Shown piece by piece: positions 18,261 through 27,500 of a DNA stretch of 41,727 nt. Positions within the stretch are counted from its first letter, which is position 1. The number at the start of each line of letters is the position of its first letter. The translations under genes were made by a program, and so were the position numbers. The notes beneath the pieces were generated by a model. The model made no database searches and was not told where the DNA came from. It saw nothing but the letters and a program-made list of their open reading frames with translations. The stretch is taken from the IMG/VR virus record IMGVR_UViG_3300045993_000138; one strand, written 5' to 3'. Origin of the DNA: a virus (taxonomy: Duplodnaviria > Heunggongvirae > Uroviricota > Caudoviricetes).

Positions 18261-18952
18261 AGAGTGTTTGGGTATTTGCCGAAGAAAGATCTGGTAGTAC
18301 ATGGACTGCTATCACTCTTTCTGAGATTCTTGGAATAGAGTATGAGTATGTGGAATGGGAAAACGAGAATATTACAGATACTGAATGGAATAATAATATA
18401 GAAGGTAATCTAGAACGATACTCTATCAATAGAGTCTATCACACTCATAGATATCCGATTCTAGAAGTACTTCATAAACTGAAATCATCTACGGTCTTGA
18501 TCAGAACTACACGAAAAGATACATTCGAACAATTACTGAGTTATGTGTTCATGGAGAGGTCGAAAGGTAACTTTCCAGACTGGTGGAAAATACCACATCT
18601 TTACAGAGATCCACCACATACATTTGAAGAACGAAAGAAGAAATTTTATGAAATGGTATCGGAAAATTCCGGTATTACCATTACAAAAGAGGAAGTGGAA
18701 AAGTACCTAAAACGCAAGAAATGGCGCGGAACACTCTGGGATACCTATTCTCTCCATTTTGAGCATCAAACGTTGTTTTACGAAGATTTATATAATGGTG
18801 TACAAATTCCATCGGTAAAAATAGATGATTTTGGGTTCAATATGGGAGGCATTTTCGTAAAACTGCCTTATGATAAAAAGACTACAGTCACGAATTCGGA
18901 GCAAGTTCTGGAGTGGATTACAGAGATAAATAAGACGTTGGCGATTAAATAA
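18257..18952 (+). CDS. Sulfotransferase-family (PAPS-dependent, P-loop) protein
   Basis: VFAEERSGSTW resembles the 5'-PSB loop and LIRTTRKDTFEQLLS the 3'-PB motif (R...S). LFYEDL is also typical of the family. Confidence 0.7.
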   Translation: MKSVWVFAEERSGSTWTAITLSEILGIEYEYVEWENENITDTEWNNNIEGNLERYSINRVYHTHRYPILEVLHKLKSSTVLIRTTRKDTFEQLLSYVFMERSKGNFPDWWKIPHLYRDPPHTFEERKKKFYEMVSENSGITITKEEVEKYLKRKKWRGTLWDTYSLHFEHQTLFYEDLYNGVQIPSVKIDDFGFNMGGIFVKLPYDKKTTVTNSEQVLEWITEINKTLAIK

Positions 18953-18955
18953 ATA
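18948..18955 (+). promoter_or_regulatory. Probable late promoter for gp13
   Basis: AATAAATA (7/8 match) 31 nt upstream of the gp13 ATG. Confidence 0.6.
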
Positions 18956-18986
18956 CTTTTTAATCATAGCAAGATATGGAACCAAA

Positions 18987-19745
18987 ATGGCAGTACCAAA
19001 TAGCAGACAGACTCTTAAGGATTATTGCCTTAGAGAACTAGGTTTTCCAGTAATTGAAATCAATCTGGATGACGATCAGATCGATGATCGTATTGATCAG
19101 GCAATTGATCAATTCCAGCATTTCCACTATGATGCTGTGAAGAAGATGTACATGAAGCATCAGGTCACACAGACCGACATTACGAATAAGTGGATTCCAG
19201 TAGATTCGAAGGTTATCGGCGTAAACCGTATTTTCAGTCTATCTACAAATGGAGTCAACTCTGCTGCCACCAACGGCTTCAACATGTTCGATATCAACTA
19301 TCAGGTTCGTTTGAACGAACTCTATGACTTCACTTCGGCTGATTATGTATACTTCGAACTAGCCAACCAGCACATTCGTACACTAGAACTATTATTCATT
19401 GGTGAACAGCCAATTAGATATAATCGATATGATAATCAGTTGTACGTCGATGTCGATTGGGGTGGAAAAGTTCAGGCTGGAGGATATTTGATTGCGGAAG
19501 TCTGGATGACTCTTGCAGAAGATACTACACTTTTCTGGAATGACAATTGGCTCAAGAGATACACCACCGCATTGCTAAAGCGTCAGTGGGGAACTAACAC
19601 TAAAAAATTCCAAGGCGTTCAGTTGCCAGGTGGAATCGTACTAAATGGTCAGCAGATTTATGATGAAGCTAATAATGCATGTATAGAACTTGAAAAAGAA
19701 CTTAGGGACGCCTACGAAATGCCCGCCGAATTTCTTACGGGCTAA
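18987..19745 (+). CDS. gp13: Neck protein gp13
   Basis: PNSRQTLKDYCLRELGFPVIEINLDDDQIDDRID and WLKRYTTALLKRQWGTN...QLPGGIVLNGQQIYDEA are hallmark T4-like gp13 motifs. Confidence 0.93.
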   Translation: MAVPNSRQTLKDYCLRELGFPVIEINLDDDQIDDRIDQAIDQFQHFHYDAVKKMYMKHQVTQTDITNKWIPVDSKVIGVNRIFSLSTNGVNSAATNGFNMFDINYQVRLNELYDFTSADYVYFELANQHIRTLELLFIGEQPIRYNRYDNQLYVDVDWGGKVQAGGYLIAEVWMTLAEDTTLFWNDNWLKRYTTALLKRQWGTNTKKFQGVQLPGGIVLNGQQIYDEANNACIELEKELRDAYEMPAEFLTG

Positions 19746-19749
19746 GATT

Positions 19750-20271
19750 ATGCATAAGCATCATATTATACCTAAACATGCTGGCGGCACAGATGATCCA
19801 TCAAATTTGGTGAAGTTGACTGTTGCAGAACATGCTGAAGCACATCGCATACTATTTGAACAATATGGTCGAGAAGAAGACCGTATTGCTTGGAGGGGAC
19901 TTGCTGGTATTATAGGTCACGAAGAAGCTGTTCTAGAAGCAGCAAAACTTGGTAGTCGTAATGCACGACGCTTAAAAGGAAAAGAACATCCATATTATGG
20001 AAAGAAAAGACCAGAGCATAGTGCTAAAATGAAAGGTAGAAAAGCTGTTCGTAGTGAACAACACACAAATAATTTGAATAAGAGATTTACATCAGAATAT
20101 CTAGAGAAAGTATCAAATTCTATTTCAAGAAATTGGAAAGTAACATTTCCTAATGGAGAAATTCATATTATTCGTAATATGGCTAAATTCTGTAAAGAGA
20201 ACGATTTGAATAAAAGTTGTATGTCTAGTACAGGGAAGTCGAAAGGCTACTCTTGTAAGAAAATAATCTAA
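19750..20271 (+). mobile_element. Free-standing HNH homing endonuclease
   Basis: HKHHIIPKHAGGTDDPSNLVKLTVAEHAEAH HNH motif and a basic NUMOD-like tail (HPYYGKKRPEHSAKMKGRK). ATG 19750 is preferred over the TTG at 19690 inside gp13. Confidence 0.88.
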
Positions 20272-20285
20272 AGGTATTTGCACAA

Positions 20286-21158
20286 ATTCCAACAAATCTA
20301 TTTTTTAATAATTTCAACTCCAAACCAGAACAAAGATTATATGAGGATCTTATAGGCGAAGTAGTCAAACAATATGGGATAGACTCATTCTACATGCCAC
20401 GTACTTCCAAGTCTTCTGTGGATCTTTTGTTTGGTGATGATCCAACGAAGAAATTCGATGAAGCATATCCAGTAGAAGTCTACGTCAAGAACGTAGATAA
20501 CTTTGAAGGACAAGAAATGTTCTCCAAGTTTGGTCTTGAAATACAACACCAAATGCGTTTTCTAGTCACCACCAGAGCATTCAAGGCTCGCGTCCCTTCT
20601 ACATATTCCAGACCCCGTGAAGGTGACTTACTTTGGCTCACTAATTTTCAGGCACTCTTCGAAATCAAGTTTGTCAATCAGGAACATTTCTTCTATGCAT
20701 TTGGAAACAAGAATTTTTATGGATTCGAACTCATTTGTGAGAGATTTCGTTACAGCAACGAAACAGTTGATTCTGGTATCGTTGAAATTGATGATGCAGT
20801 AGATACACAAGTGTTCACATACGATTTCCAAATGAGTTCAGTTGGTGCAAATGCTAATTTGACATATGTTGCTACTGAAACAGTATATCAAGGTGCTTCT
20901 GCTAATAGTGCTACAGCATCAGGTATTGTTGTATCTTGGGATAAACCAACATTGTTGTTGAGAATCAAGAATATCAACGGAATATTCATACCAAACAACG
21001 TAATACATGGAGCAACATCTGGTGCCAATTACACCTTGAGTACTCTCGATATGCTTGACAATACTAATGATGGGTTGGACAACAACAGTGAACTAAAGAC
21101 GCTTGCGAATACGTTCTTAGACTTCAGTGAGAAAAACCCCTTCGGAACTCCTGAATAA
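20286..21158 (+). CDS. gp14: Neck protein gp14 (start non-canonical, probably ATT 20286)
   Basis: The frame upstream of ATG 20394 reads IPTNLFFNNFNSKPEQRLYEDLIGEVVKQYGIDSFYMPR, the conserved gp14 N-terminus. Core motifs FSKFGLEI, RPREGDLL, LFEIKFV and terminal DFSEKNPFG are present. Confidence 0.88.
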   Translation: MPTNLFFNNFNSKPEQRLYEDLIGEVVKQYGIDSFYMPRTSKSSVDLLFGDDPTKKFDEAYPVEVYVKNVDNFEGQEMFSKFGLEIQHQMRFLVTTRAFKARVPSTYSRPREGDLLWLTNFQALFEIKFVNQEHFFYAFGNKNFYGFELICERFRYSNETVDSGIVEIDDAVDTQVFTYDFQMSSVGANANLTYVATETVYQGASANSATASGIVVSWDKPTLLLRIKNINGIFIPNNVIHGATSGANYTLSTLDMLDNTNDGLDNNSELKTLANTFLDFSEKNPFGTPE

Positions 21159-21160
21159 TC

Positions 21161-23317
21161 ATGGCAGCTAACACCAGTGGAGTAAGTTTTACCGATAAGG
21201 GTATGGCACTCGGCGGTGCTAATGTTGCCAATGTTGTCATCGACGCATCGGCAGCTACAGATGCTTTTGCACTTCCAGTCGGCACGATTGCCGAAAGACC
21301 CGAAGGTGCCAATGGGTATATTCGCTATAATGATGAAATACACCAGTTCGAAGGTTTCAAAGATGGAAACTGGTCTGGTATTGGTGGTGCGGTTGTAATT
21401 CAGAATAACAATGTATTCGTAAACAGTACGAGTACGATTGATTTTAGTAGTGGCAACAATATCATAATGTCTATCACAGATGACTATGCCAACGGCAGAG
21501 TCAATGTCTGGATTGATTCCGTCAGTGGTAACGGAAGAGTCGCAATTGGTAGTGATACATTCACATCTACTGCCGGTCAAAACACATTCTATCTTTCTGC
21601 AAATGTTGCCGGTGATAACCTTTCATTCGTGACCAGAAATGGTATTCTTCAAGTTCCATCTGATCATTATACAGTCAACGGAAACGTACTGACATTCACT
21701 ACAAATTGTGTCGTTGGTGAATTGATCGAATCCAGAAATTTCTATGCATTCACTGGGATCATCGGTATCGGTGATCGTGGTCCAATGGGTGATCAGGGTA
21801 TTCAAGGATTCACTGGTACGCAAGGTTTCGGTGGTGTTCAAGGAACACAGGGTACATTTGGAACACAGGGTATTCAAGGTACTACTGGTATTCAAGGATC
21901 TTTCGGCACTCAAGGTGCCCAAGGTCGCACAGGATCTCAGGGAGTTCAAGGTGTTCTCGGAACACAGGGTTATATTGGATCTCAGGGTACCCAAGGTGTT
22001 GCTATTCAAGGTCAGGCAGGAACTGCACAAGGAACACAAGGTGCATTTGGTCTACAAGGAACACAAGGAACTCAGGGAGTTTCAATTCAAGGTCAAGCAG
22101 GATCTGCACAGGGAACACAGGGAACACAAGGTCCGCTCGGTATTGGTTCACAAGGTGTTCAAGGAACATTAGGTGTTCAGGGAATCGGTGGAACTTCTCA
22201 GGGAACGCAAGGAACTCAAGGTGCTGGTTCTACAGGATCTCAGGGTATTCAAGGAACACAGGGTGTTGGAAGTCCGGGTGTTCAGGGTATACAAGGAACT
22301 CTTGGAGTACAAGGTCTTTCTGGAACTTCTCAAGGTACTCAAGGAACAACTGGATCTGGTACACAAGGTGTTCAAGGAACTCTAGGTGTTCAAGGTATCG
22401 GTGGGACATCTCAAGGAACACAGGGTTCGACAGGATCGCAAGGATCACAGGGAACTCTTGGTATTCAAGGATCACAGGGTGTTCAAGGTGAAAAGGGAAC
22501 TCAGGGATCACAAGGAACTCAAGGTTTAGGTACTCAGGGTGTTCAAGGAACACAAGGTACCGGATCCACTGGTTCACAAGGATCTCAGGGAACATTCGGT
22601 ATCCAAGGATCTCAGGGACTTATTGGAACCGGATCTCAAGGAACTCAAGGTGCTGGATCTGTTGGAACGCAAGGAACGCAGGGTACAACAGGAACTGGAA
22701 CTCAGGGTGTTCAAGGATCTCTGGGTTTACAAGGAACTCAAGGTGCTGGAACCGCAGGTACGCAGGGTGTTCAGGGACAGGCAGGAACTGCACAAGGAAC
22801 TCAAGGTGTTCAGGGCACACAAGGTCCATTTGGTTTACAGGGAACACAAGGTGCAGGAACCGCAGGAACACAAGGTGTACAAGGTCCAGCAGGATCCGCG
22901 CAAGGTACTCAAGGAACTTTAGGTATACAAGGAGCTACTGGATCTGGTACTGGTGGTGGTGGAGGAACATCTAAAGTCACAGTTCTGAACCTATCTCTTG
23001 GATCTCAGAACTACAATACCTCATATACATACTATACAGTAGCCAACGTTGCTCAAAGAGGCATCGTAAGTTACTTCTATGTGACTGCCAATGTAACTGG
23101 TCTATTTGATATTGTTGTTCGTGGATCATCTAATGACAATGGATCTTTGATGCTTGCAGCAACAGACATTTCTTCGAATAACTATACAATGAGTTATATT
23201 TTCTATTATGAAAATGATGATGTTACGAGCAATAATGTCTTCATTGGAATCAAGAACAGAGGCGGAGTTTCACAATCATACAATCTCGCATCATTGCGTG
23301 TTGAAAAATTTGCTTAA
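21161..23317 (+). CDS. Collagen-like fibre protein, 718 aa
   Basis: LPVGTIAERP...GYIRYN...FEGF fibre module, FTSTAGQNTF...NGILQ...YTVNGNVLTF module, GXQ tract at about 21770-22950 and a C-terminal globular domain. Confidence 0.8.
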   Translation: MAANTSGVSFTDKGMALGGANVANVVIDASAATDAFALPVGTIAERPEGANGYIRYNDEIHQFEGFKDGNWSGIGGAVVIQNNNVFVNSTSTIDFSSGNNIIMSITDDYANGRVNVWIDSVSGNGRVAIGSDTFTSTAGQNTFYLSANVAGDNLSFVTRNGILQVPSDHYTVNGNVLTFTTNCVVGELIESRNFYAFTGIIGIGDRGPMGDQGIQGFTGTQGFGGVQGTQGTFGTQGIQGTTGIQGSFGTQGAQGRTGSQGVQGVLGTQGYIGSQGTQGVAIQGQAGTAQGTQGAFGLQGTQGTQGVSIQGQAGSAQGTQGTQGPLGIGSQGVQGTLGVQGIGGTSQGTQGTQGAGSTGSQGIQGTQGVGSPGVQGIQGTLGVQGLSGTSQGTQGTTGSGTQGVQGTLGVQGIGGTSQGTQGSTGSQGSQGTLGIQGSQGVQGEKGTQGSQGTQGLGTQGVQGTQGTGSTGSQGSQGTFGIQGSQGLIGTGSQGTQGAGSVGTQGTQGTTGTGTQGVQGSLGLQGTQGAGTAGTQGVQGQAGTAQGTQGVQGTQGPFGLQGTQGAGTAGTQGVQGPAGSAQGTQGTLGIQGATGSGTGGGGGTSKVTVLNLSLGSQNYNTSYTYYTVANVAQRGIVSYFYVTANVTGLFDIVVRGSSNDNGSLMLAATDISSNNYTMSYIFYYENDDVTSNNVFIGIKNRGGVSQSYNLASLRVEKFA

Positions 23318-23328
23318 AGGTAATATAA

Positions 23329-24342
23329 ATGTTTAGAACTGGAACACTTGTAAGTCCGACACCAGCACCAAATTTGGTGATCTCACTCATGGAATCTGAC
23401 ATGCTAAATGTCGGATGGGTGAAGGCATCCACCAATGTTGCTTCCAGTAGTTACATCTGGAATGTCTACAAGAGTCCCGGCACGAACAATTCAATTTTCA
23501 CAGATTTCTATGTGGCACTTGGATGGGACAATACATCGAATGCAAATCTGATGATCACGCTATTTGAAAGCTGGAATACCACCACAAACACAGCATCACA
23601 ATATTGTCCAAATACTGCACCAACACCATTAGCCAATGCAACTGCCAATGCGTTTCCATCGGCACTACCAAATGTGGCTGGTTCGAATATTGGATATTTT
23701 GGAACTGGTACGACTGATTCGAATTTCTCACAGACTAACGAAACATATTGGTACTCAATAACCATTGATCGTGTTATGGTTCTTACGTCAAATGCTGCAT
23801 CCAATATAAATGCCGGTGCATCCTTCTATGCTGGTGTGTATGAAAGTTTCATGGCAAATACTCTAGATCCGGTTCCTATTGTTCTATATAATATGGGAAG
23901 CACATTAGCGTACAATACAAATGCTCCATTTCCATATCCAAACTATAGTACGGCAGGTGCGATTTTCACAAGAGAGCCAAATCAACCTTCTGCGTGTACT
24001 AGCAATTTTTATGGTGGTGTTACTTCATTGTTTAATTGTTTTGGACAATTTCAAACTCTTTCAAATTCAACAGACGTATATACTAATAGATTTTTAGTTT
24101 CAAGAGGCGTTCTCACCGGAAGGGGTTCATCGAATCCATCTACGCCAGTAGGGGTTCGTGGGTTAATCAAAGACATCTGGTATATTAACATCAATACTCC
24201 AACCAGAGGTGATCTTATTCAATTCATACAGAATGGAGTTACCATCAACGCATATTGCGCTCTTGGAGGTTCTGGGTGGACTAGTATTACTCTTGGAGCA
24301 GCAAATCCTACAACAATCCGCCCATACATGGCAAATGTCTAA
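23329..24342 (+). CDS. Putative virion protein, paralog A
   Basis: Shares DMLNVGWVKASTNV, WNVYKSP, LGWDN.SNAN, SI.IDRV, LDP.PI and RGL.KDI...RGD with the next gene. Confidence 0.65.
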   Translation: MFRTGTLVSPTPAPNLVISLMESDMLNVGWVKASTNVASSSYIWNVYKSPGTNNSIFTDFYVALGWDNTSNANLMITLFESWNTTTNTASQYCPNTAPTPLANATANAFPSALPNVAGSNIGYFGTGTTDSNFSQTNETYWYSITIDRVMVLTSNAASNINAGASFYAGVYESFMANTLDPVPIVLYNMGSTLAYNTNAPFPYPNYSTAGAIFTREPNQPSACTSNFYGGVTSLFNCFGQFQTLSNSTDVYTNRFLVSRGVLTGRGSSNPSTPVGVRGLIKDIWYININTPTRGDLIQFIQNGVTINAYCALGGSGWTSITLGAANPTTIRPYMANV

Positions 24343-24351
24343 GGAATAACA

Positions 24352-25344
24352 ATGTATCGCACAACAATAATCTCAAGCAGTAATTCTCCGGCAGTCGATC
24401 TAATTAGAATTGGACTGGAACCTGACATGCTGAATGTCGGTTGGGTGAAGGCATCCACGAATGTAGTAACTAATGCCGCAAACTCTTCTAATAGCTGGAT
24501 TTGGAATGTTTATAAAAGTCCAGCAGGAAATAACTCTCTTGGAAAAGATTGGTATATCAGTCTTGGTTGGGATAATGTCTCTAATGCAAACATTGCAATA
24601 ACTTGTATGGAACAATGGACTGGTGGTGCATCTAACGTTGCACTAGGTTATGTTCCTAGACAGGGTGATGGTTCTATGGCACCACAGGGGTCAAATGGAT
24701 GGGTTAGCCTCGGTTCATCTGGATTACCTTTGACTCCAGGTGGAAATGTTGGACATATGACAATTGGTGCCATAGGTGCTAACGCGCTACCGACATATTC
24801 ATATACACTCTATCAAAGTATTAATATCGATAGAGTTATATTTACTACATCTAATACACAAACGTTTAATGATGGACCTGCGTTTTATGTGGGAATGTAT
24901 GATACATTCTTAAATCCATTACTAGATCCATACCCAATAGGTATGTTTAATCTGAATAGATGGGGTGGTGCTAACCTCTTGACAAACGGTAATGCATTAA
25001 CCATCGAAGGTGCTGCTACCAGAAATATTATGCCATCCGTATCTCAATATAATTTCATGTTGACTAAAAATACTACTATGCAAACATTGAATCCTATTGG
25101 ATATGGTGGACAAGAAACTTTTTCTAATCGTTGGCTATTCGGCAGAGCAATGATATTTTCTTTAAACAACCCAAACCAAGGGACAAGTGGAGGAATGCGT
25201 GGATTATTAAAAGATATTTATCTAAGTGGTATTCCTGTTATAAGAGGCGACACCACACAGATTGTTATCAATGGTGTAACATATAATGCTACTTCGATGA
25301 TTGGACCCGGTACGACAGCTTTTCCGTGGATGTTGCAGGTGTAA
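24352..25344 (+). CDS. Putative virion protein, paralog B
   Basis: AAGGA RBS. Full-length paralog of 23329..24342. Confidence 0.65.
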   Translation: MYRTTIISSSNSPAVDLIRIGLEPDMLNVGWVKASTNVVTNAANSSNSWIWNVYKSPAGNNSLGKDWYISLGWDNVSNANIAITCMEQWTGGASNVALGYVPRQGDGSMAPQGSNGWVSLGSSGLPLTPGGNVGHMTIGAIGANALPTYSYTLYQSINIDRVIFTTSNTQTFNDGPAFYVGMYDTFLNPLLDPYPIGMFNLNRWGGANLLTNGNALTIEGAATRNIMPSVSQYNFMLTKNTTMQTLNPIGYGGQETFSNRWLFGRAMIFSLNNPNQGTSGGMRGLLKDIYLSGIPVIRGDTTQIVINGVTYNATSMIGPGTTAFPWMLQV

Positions 25345-25347
25345 ACA

Positions 25348-25704
25348 ATGACTACAACAGTAGTAGTTTTACCAAGTTTGAATTCTGATAATGTATCACA
25401 GAGTGGAGAAACTTCTCTTGCTAATGTCGCTCGTATTACAATTCCAAATTCGGCAAATCCATTTGCCACGATACAGTATTGTAGTCTTGCGTGCAATATA
25501 TCCATAGATCAAGGATATGCAAATCAAAATGTTGCGAACTCTGGATTGTTAACATTAAATGTAATAAGTATATCACATTCATCAAACGCAGTATTAAATC
25601 CATTCGATAGTTTCAACATGATAAGATACCAGTCACTTGGAGACCCTAAGCAAACCATAGCACCTAATAGTGGTTCTATAACCAAGTATCCAAACGAGCC
25701 ATAA
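25348..25704 (+). CDS. Hypothetical Asn/Ser-rich protein
   Basis: Tightly packed in the operon, with the same composition as neighbouring virion proteins. Confidence 0.55.
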   Translation: MTTTVVVLPSLNSDNVSQSGETSLANVARITIPNSANPFATIQYCSLACNISIDQGYANQNVANSGLLTLNVISISHSSNAVLNPFDSFNMIRYQSLGDPKQTIAPNSGSITKYPNEP

Positions 25705-25709
25705 AAGCA

Positions 25710-26144
25710 ATGCAAAATTCACCATATACAGAACAGATTCGCGATGCCAATAACGTCACTCTAGATCAAATTCTAGCCGTCGTTGCGTATCTCAATACTG
25801 TCAATCATTTCAGCAAGGGTAATGCAACCAATGCTCATACTGTTGTAGTCAATGCTGGTCAGATTGCCATAGATGCTTCTCTCGGCAACGTGCATAAGTG
25901 TGTTCTGAATAACAATGCCATGCTCATGAATCCAACTAATATGTTGTCTGGACAAGTCATAAATATCATTCTAAAAGAGGATTCAATTGGAAATCGAATA
26001 CTAACATTCGACACTAAGTATAAGTTTCCTGGTGGATTCGTGCCATCACTTACTTCTACACCAAATGCAACAGATCTTTTGTCTTGTCAGTATGATGCGG
26101 GTGACGACATTTTGCTTTGTACTATGAATGCAGATTATGGATAA
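25710..26144 (+). CDS. Tail-fibre C-terminal-type domain protein
   Basis: IDASLGN...NPTN...GQVINIILKEDSIGNRILTF...KFPGG..PSLTSTPNATDLL is a recurrent phage fibre C-terminal pattern. Confidence 0.6.
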   Translation: MQNSPYTEQIRDANNVTLDQILAVVAYLNTVNHFSKGNATNAHTVVVNAGQIAIDASLGNVHKCVLNNNAMLMNPTNMLSGQVINIILKEDSIGNRILTFDTKYKFPGGFVPSLTSTPNATDLLSCQYDAGDDILLCTMNADYG

Positions 26145-26150
26145 TACGGA

Positions 26151-26570
26151 ATGTTTCCAACGTTTTATATTAGTGGTGGAGGTTATCTATTCTTAACGAG
26201 TAACGTATACCCTATTATTGCATATGAAAACGTCACTGCTAATATCGCATTTGATAACGGTGTCGAAAGAGATAGATTGCTTGACAATGTTTCGGCAAAC
26301 ATTGCATTCTCTTATGGAACATTACATACTATCCTCTTGGCATATGCTAATAACCAACTAGATAATAATGTCACTGCTAATATTGAATTTGCTAATGGAA
26401 CATTACATACTATCCTCTTGGCATATGCTAATAACCAACTAGATAATAATGTCACTGCTAATATTGAATTTGCTAACGGAACATTGACAAGAATATTGGT
26501 TTCATATGACAACTATCCAAGAGAGAACGTTAGTGCTAATATTTCGTTTGTTTCTGGTACACTTACTTAA
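26151..26570 (+). CDS. Fibre-associated repeat protein (phiKMV gp39-like by recall)
   Basis: LTSNVYP motif followed by five NV(T/S)ANIxFxxG repeats. Confidence 0.55.
   Translation: MFPTFYISGGGYLFLTSNVYPIIAYENVTANIAFDNGVERDRLLDNVSANIAFSYGTLHTILLAYANNQLDNNVTANIEFANGTLHTILLAYANNQLDNNVTANIEFANGTLTRILVSYDNYPRENVSANISFVSGTLT
26314..26476 (+). repeat. Perfect in-frame 81-bp tandem duplication
   Basis: 26314-26394 equals 26395-26475 and encodes GTLHTILLAYANNQLDNNVTANIEFAN twice. Confidence 0.92.
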
Positions 26571-26582
26571 GATTCGGAGTTT

Positions 26583-27500
26583 ATGAAAATGGAAGAACTA
26601 AAATTAAATTCATCAGTTGCTGGAAAGTACAAGCTTACAGTAAGAAAACCAGATGGTGAAGTAAGACTGGAAACGGGTTGGTTTGATAATCTCATAACCA
26701 ACAAGGGACTGGATAATTATTTTACTGGTGGTGTAGTTATGAACTACTGTCATGTTGGATCTGGAACTTCAACTCCAACTGTCACCCAAACTACTCTAGA
26801 TAGTAGAATAATGTCTACGTCAACTCGATCCAGTTCAACACAAAGTGCTAATGGATCTGCTCCATATGAATCCACTTCAGTCGCAACGTATAGATTTGCG
26901 GCAGTTGGTGGTGCAACTAATATTTCAGAGATTGGTGTTTCACCAGATTCTCTTGGAACTTCTTTGACTTCTAGAGCATTGATTCTAGATGTTTCTGGAA
27001 GTCCTATTACCATCTCTCTGAATACTGGAGAGGTTCTGGATGCCACATATGCTTTGTCAGTTTATCCAGCATTAATTGCTGGTGATTATTCACATACGGC
27101 AGTTGTGAGTGGAAATACACACACTTTCACTTGGAGAGCAGCAACAGTTGGAAACCCTAGATATTGGAATCCAGAAGGGGGAATAGGTGCTACTGCTATG
27201 GCATCCAGTGTGTCAAATACTGGTGTTCAAGCAATTACGAGTATTCCTTACGTCAATCAAGTTTCACAGGCAACTCTAAGTTCTTACACAACTGGTACTT
27301 TTTTCCTTACTATGAGTTACTTCTATGATCTAACTGCTGCTAACTTTTCAAATGGAATTAATGCAATCGGAATCGCTGGCGGCGCAGGATTTTCAACTCC
27401 CTCTCTATTCTCATACCAATGTGGTGTAAGTCCTGCCATACTAAAACTTCCAACTCAAACTCTTTCATTTACTATAAACATAAGTGTATCAAGATACTAA
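26583..27500 (+). CDS. Putative tail-fibre protein (phiKMV gp40-like by recall)
   Basis: GGAG RBS. GKYKLTVRKPDGEVRLETGWFDNLITNKGLD...CHVGSG...NISEIGV...SRALILD...ITISL...EVLDATY pattern. Confidence 0.6.
   Translation: MKMEELKLNSSVAGKYKLTVRKPDGEVRLETGWFDNLITNKGLDNYFTGGVVMNYCHVGSGTSTPTVTQTTLDSRIMSTSTRSSSTQSANGSAPYESTSVATYRFAAVGGATNISEIGVSPDSLGTSLTSRALILDVSGSPITISLNTGEVLDATYALSVYPALIAGDYSHTAVVSGNTHTFTWRAATVGNPRYWNPEGGIGATAMASSVSNTGVQAITSIPYVNQVSQATLSSYTTGTFFLTMSYFYDLTAANFSNGINAIGIAGGAGFSTPSLFSYQCGVSPAILKLPTQTLSFTINISVSRY

Noticed and set aside
19750-20285. Group I intron housing the HNH
   Set aside because: The ORF fills almost the whole interval and I cannot identify P/Q/R/S core elements. 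It is kept only as a low-probability option testable by RT-PCR.
23324-23331. TATAAATG near-consensus late promoter (similarly AATAAATG at 33064-33071)
   Set aside because: Both overlap the start codon itself, leaving no room for a leader. They are more likely AT-rich spacers.
1839-25344. Diversity-generating retroelement (Mtd-like N-terminal domain and paralogous receptor-like genes)
   Set aside because: No reverse transcriptase is in the window, and I found no template/variable repeat pair with adenine-specific mismatches. Paralog differences are ordinary divergence.
17730-27499. ORF-track starts at 17730, 19690, 20394 and 27419
   Set aside because: Better-supported starts exist at 17763, 19750, 20286 and 27500, based on RBS, stop-start coupling or conserved N-termini.
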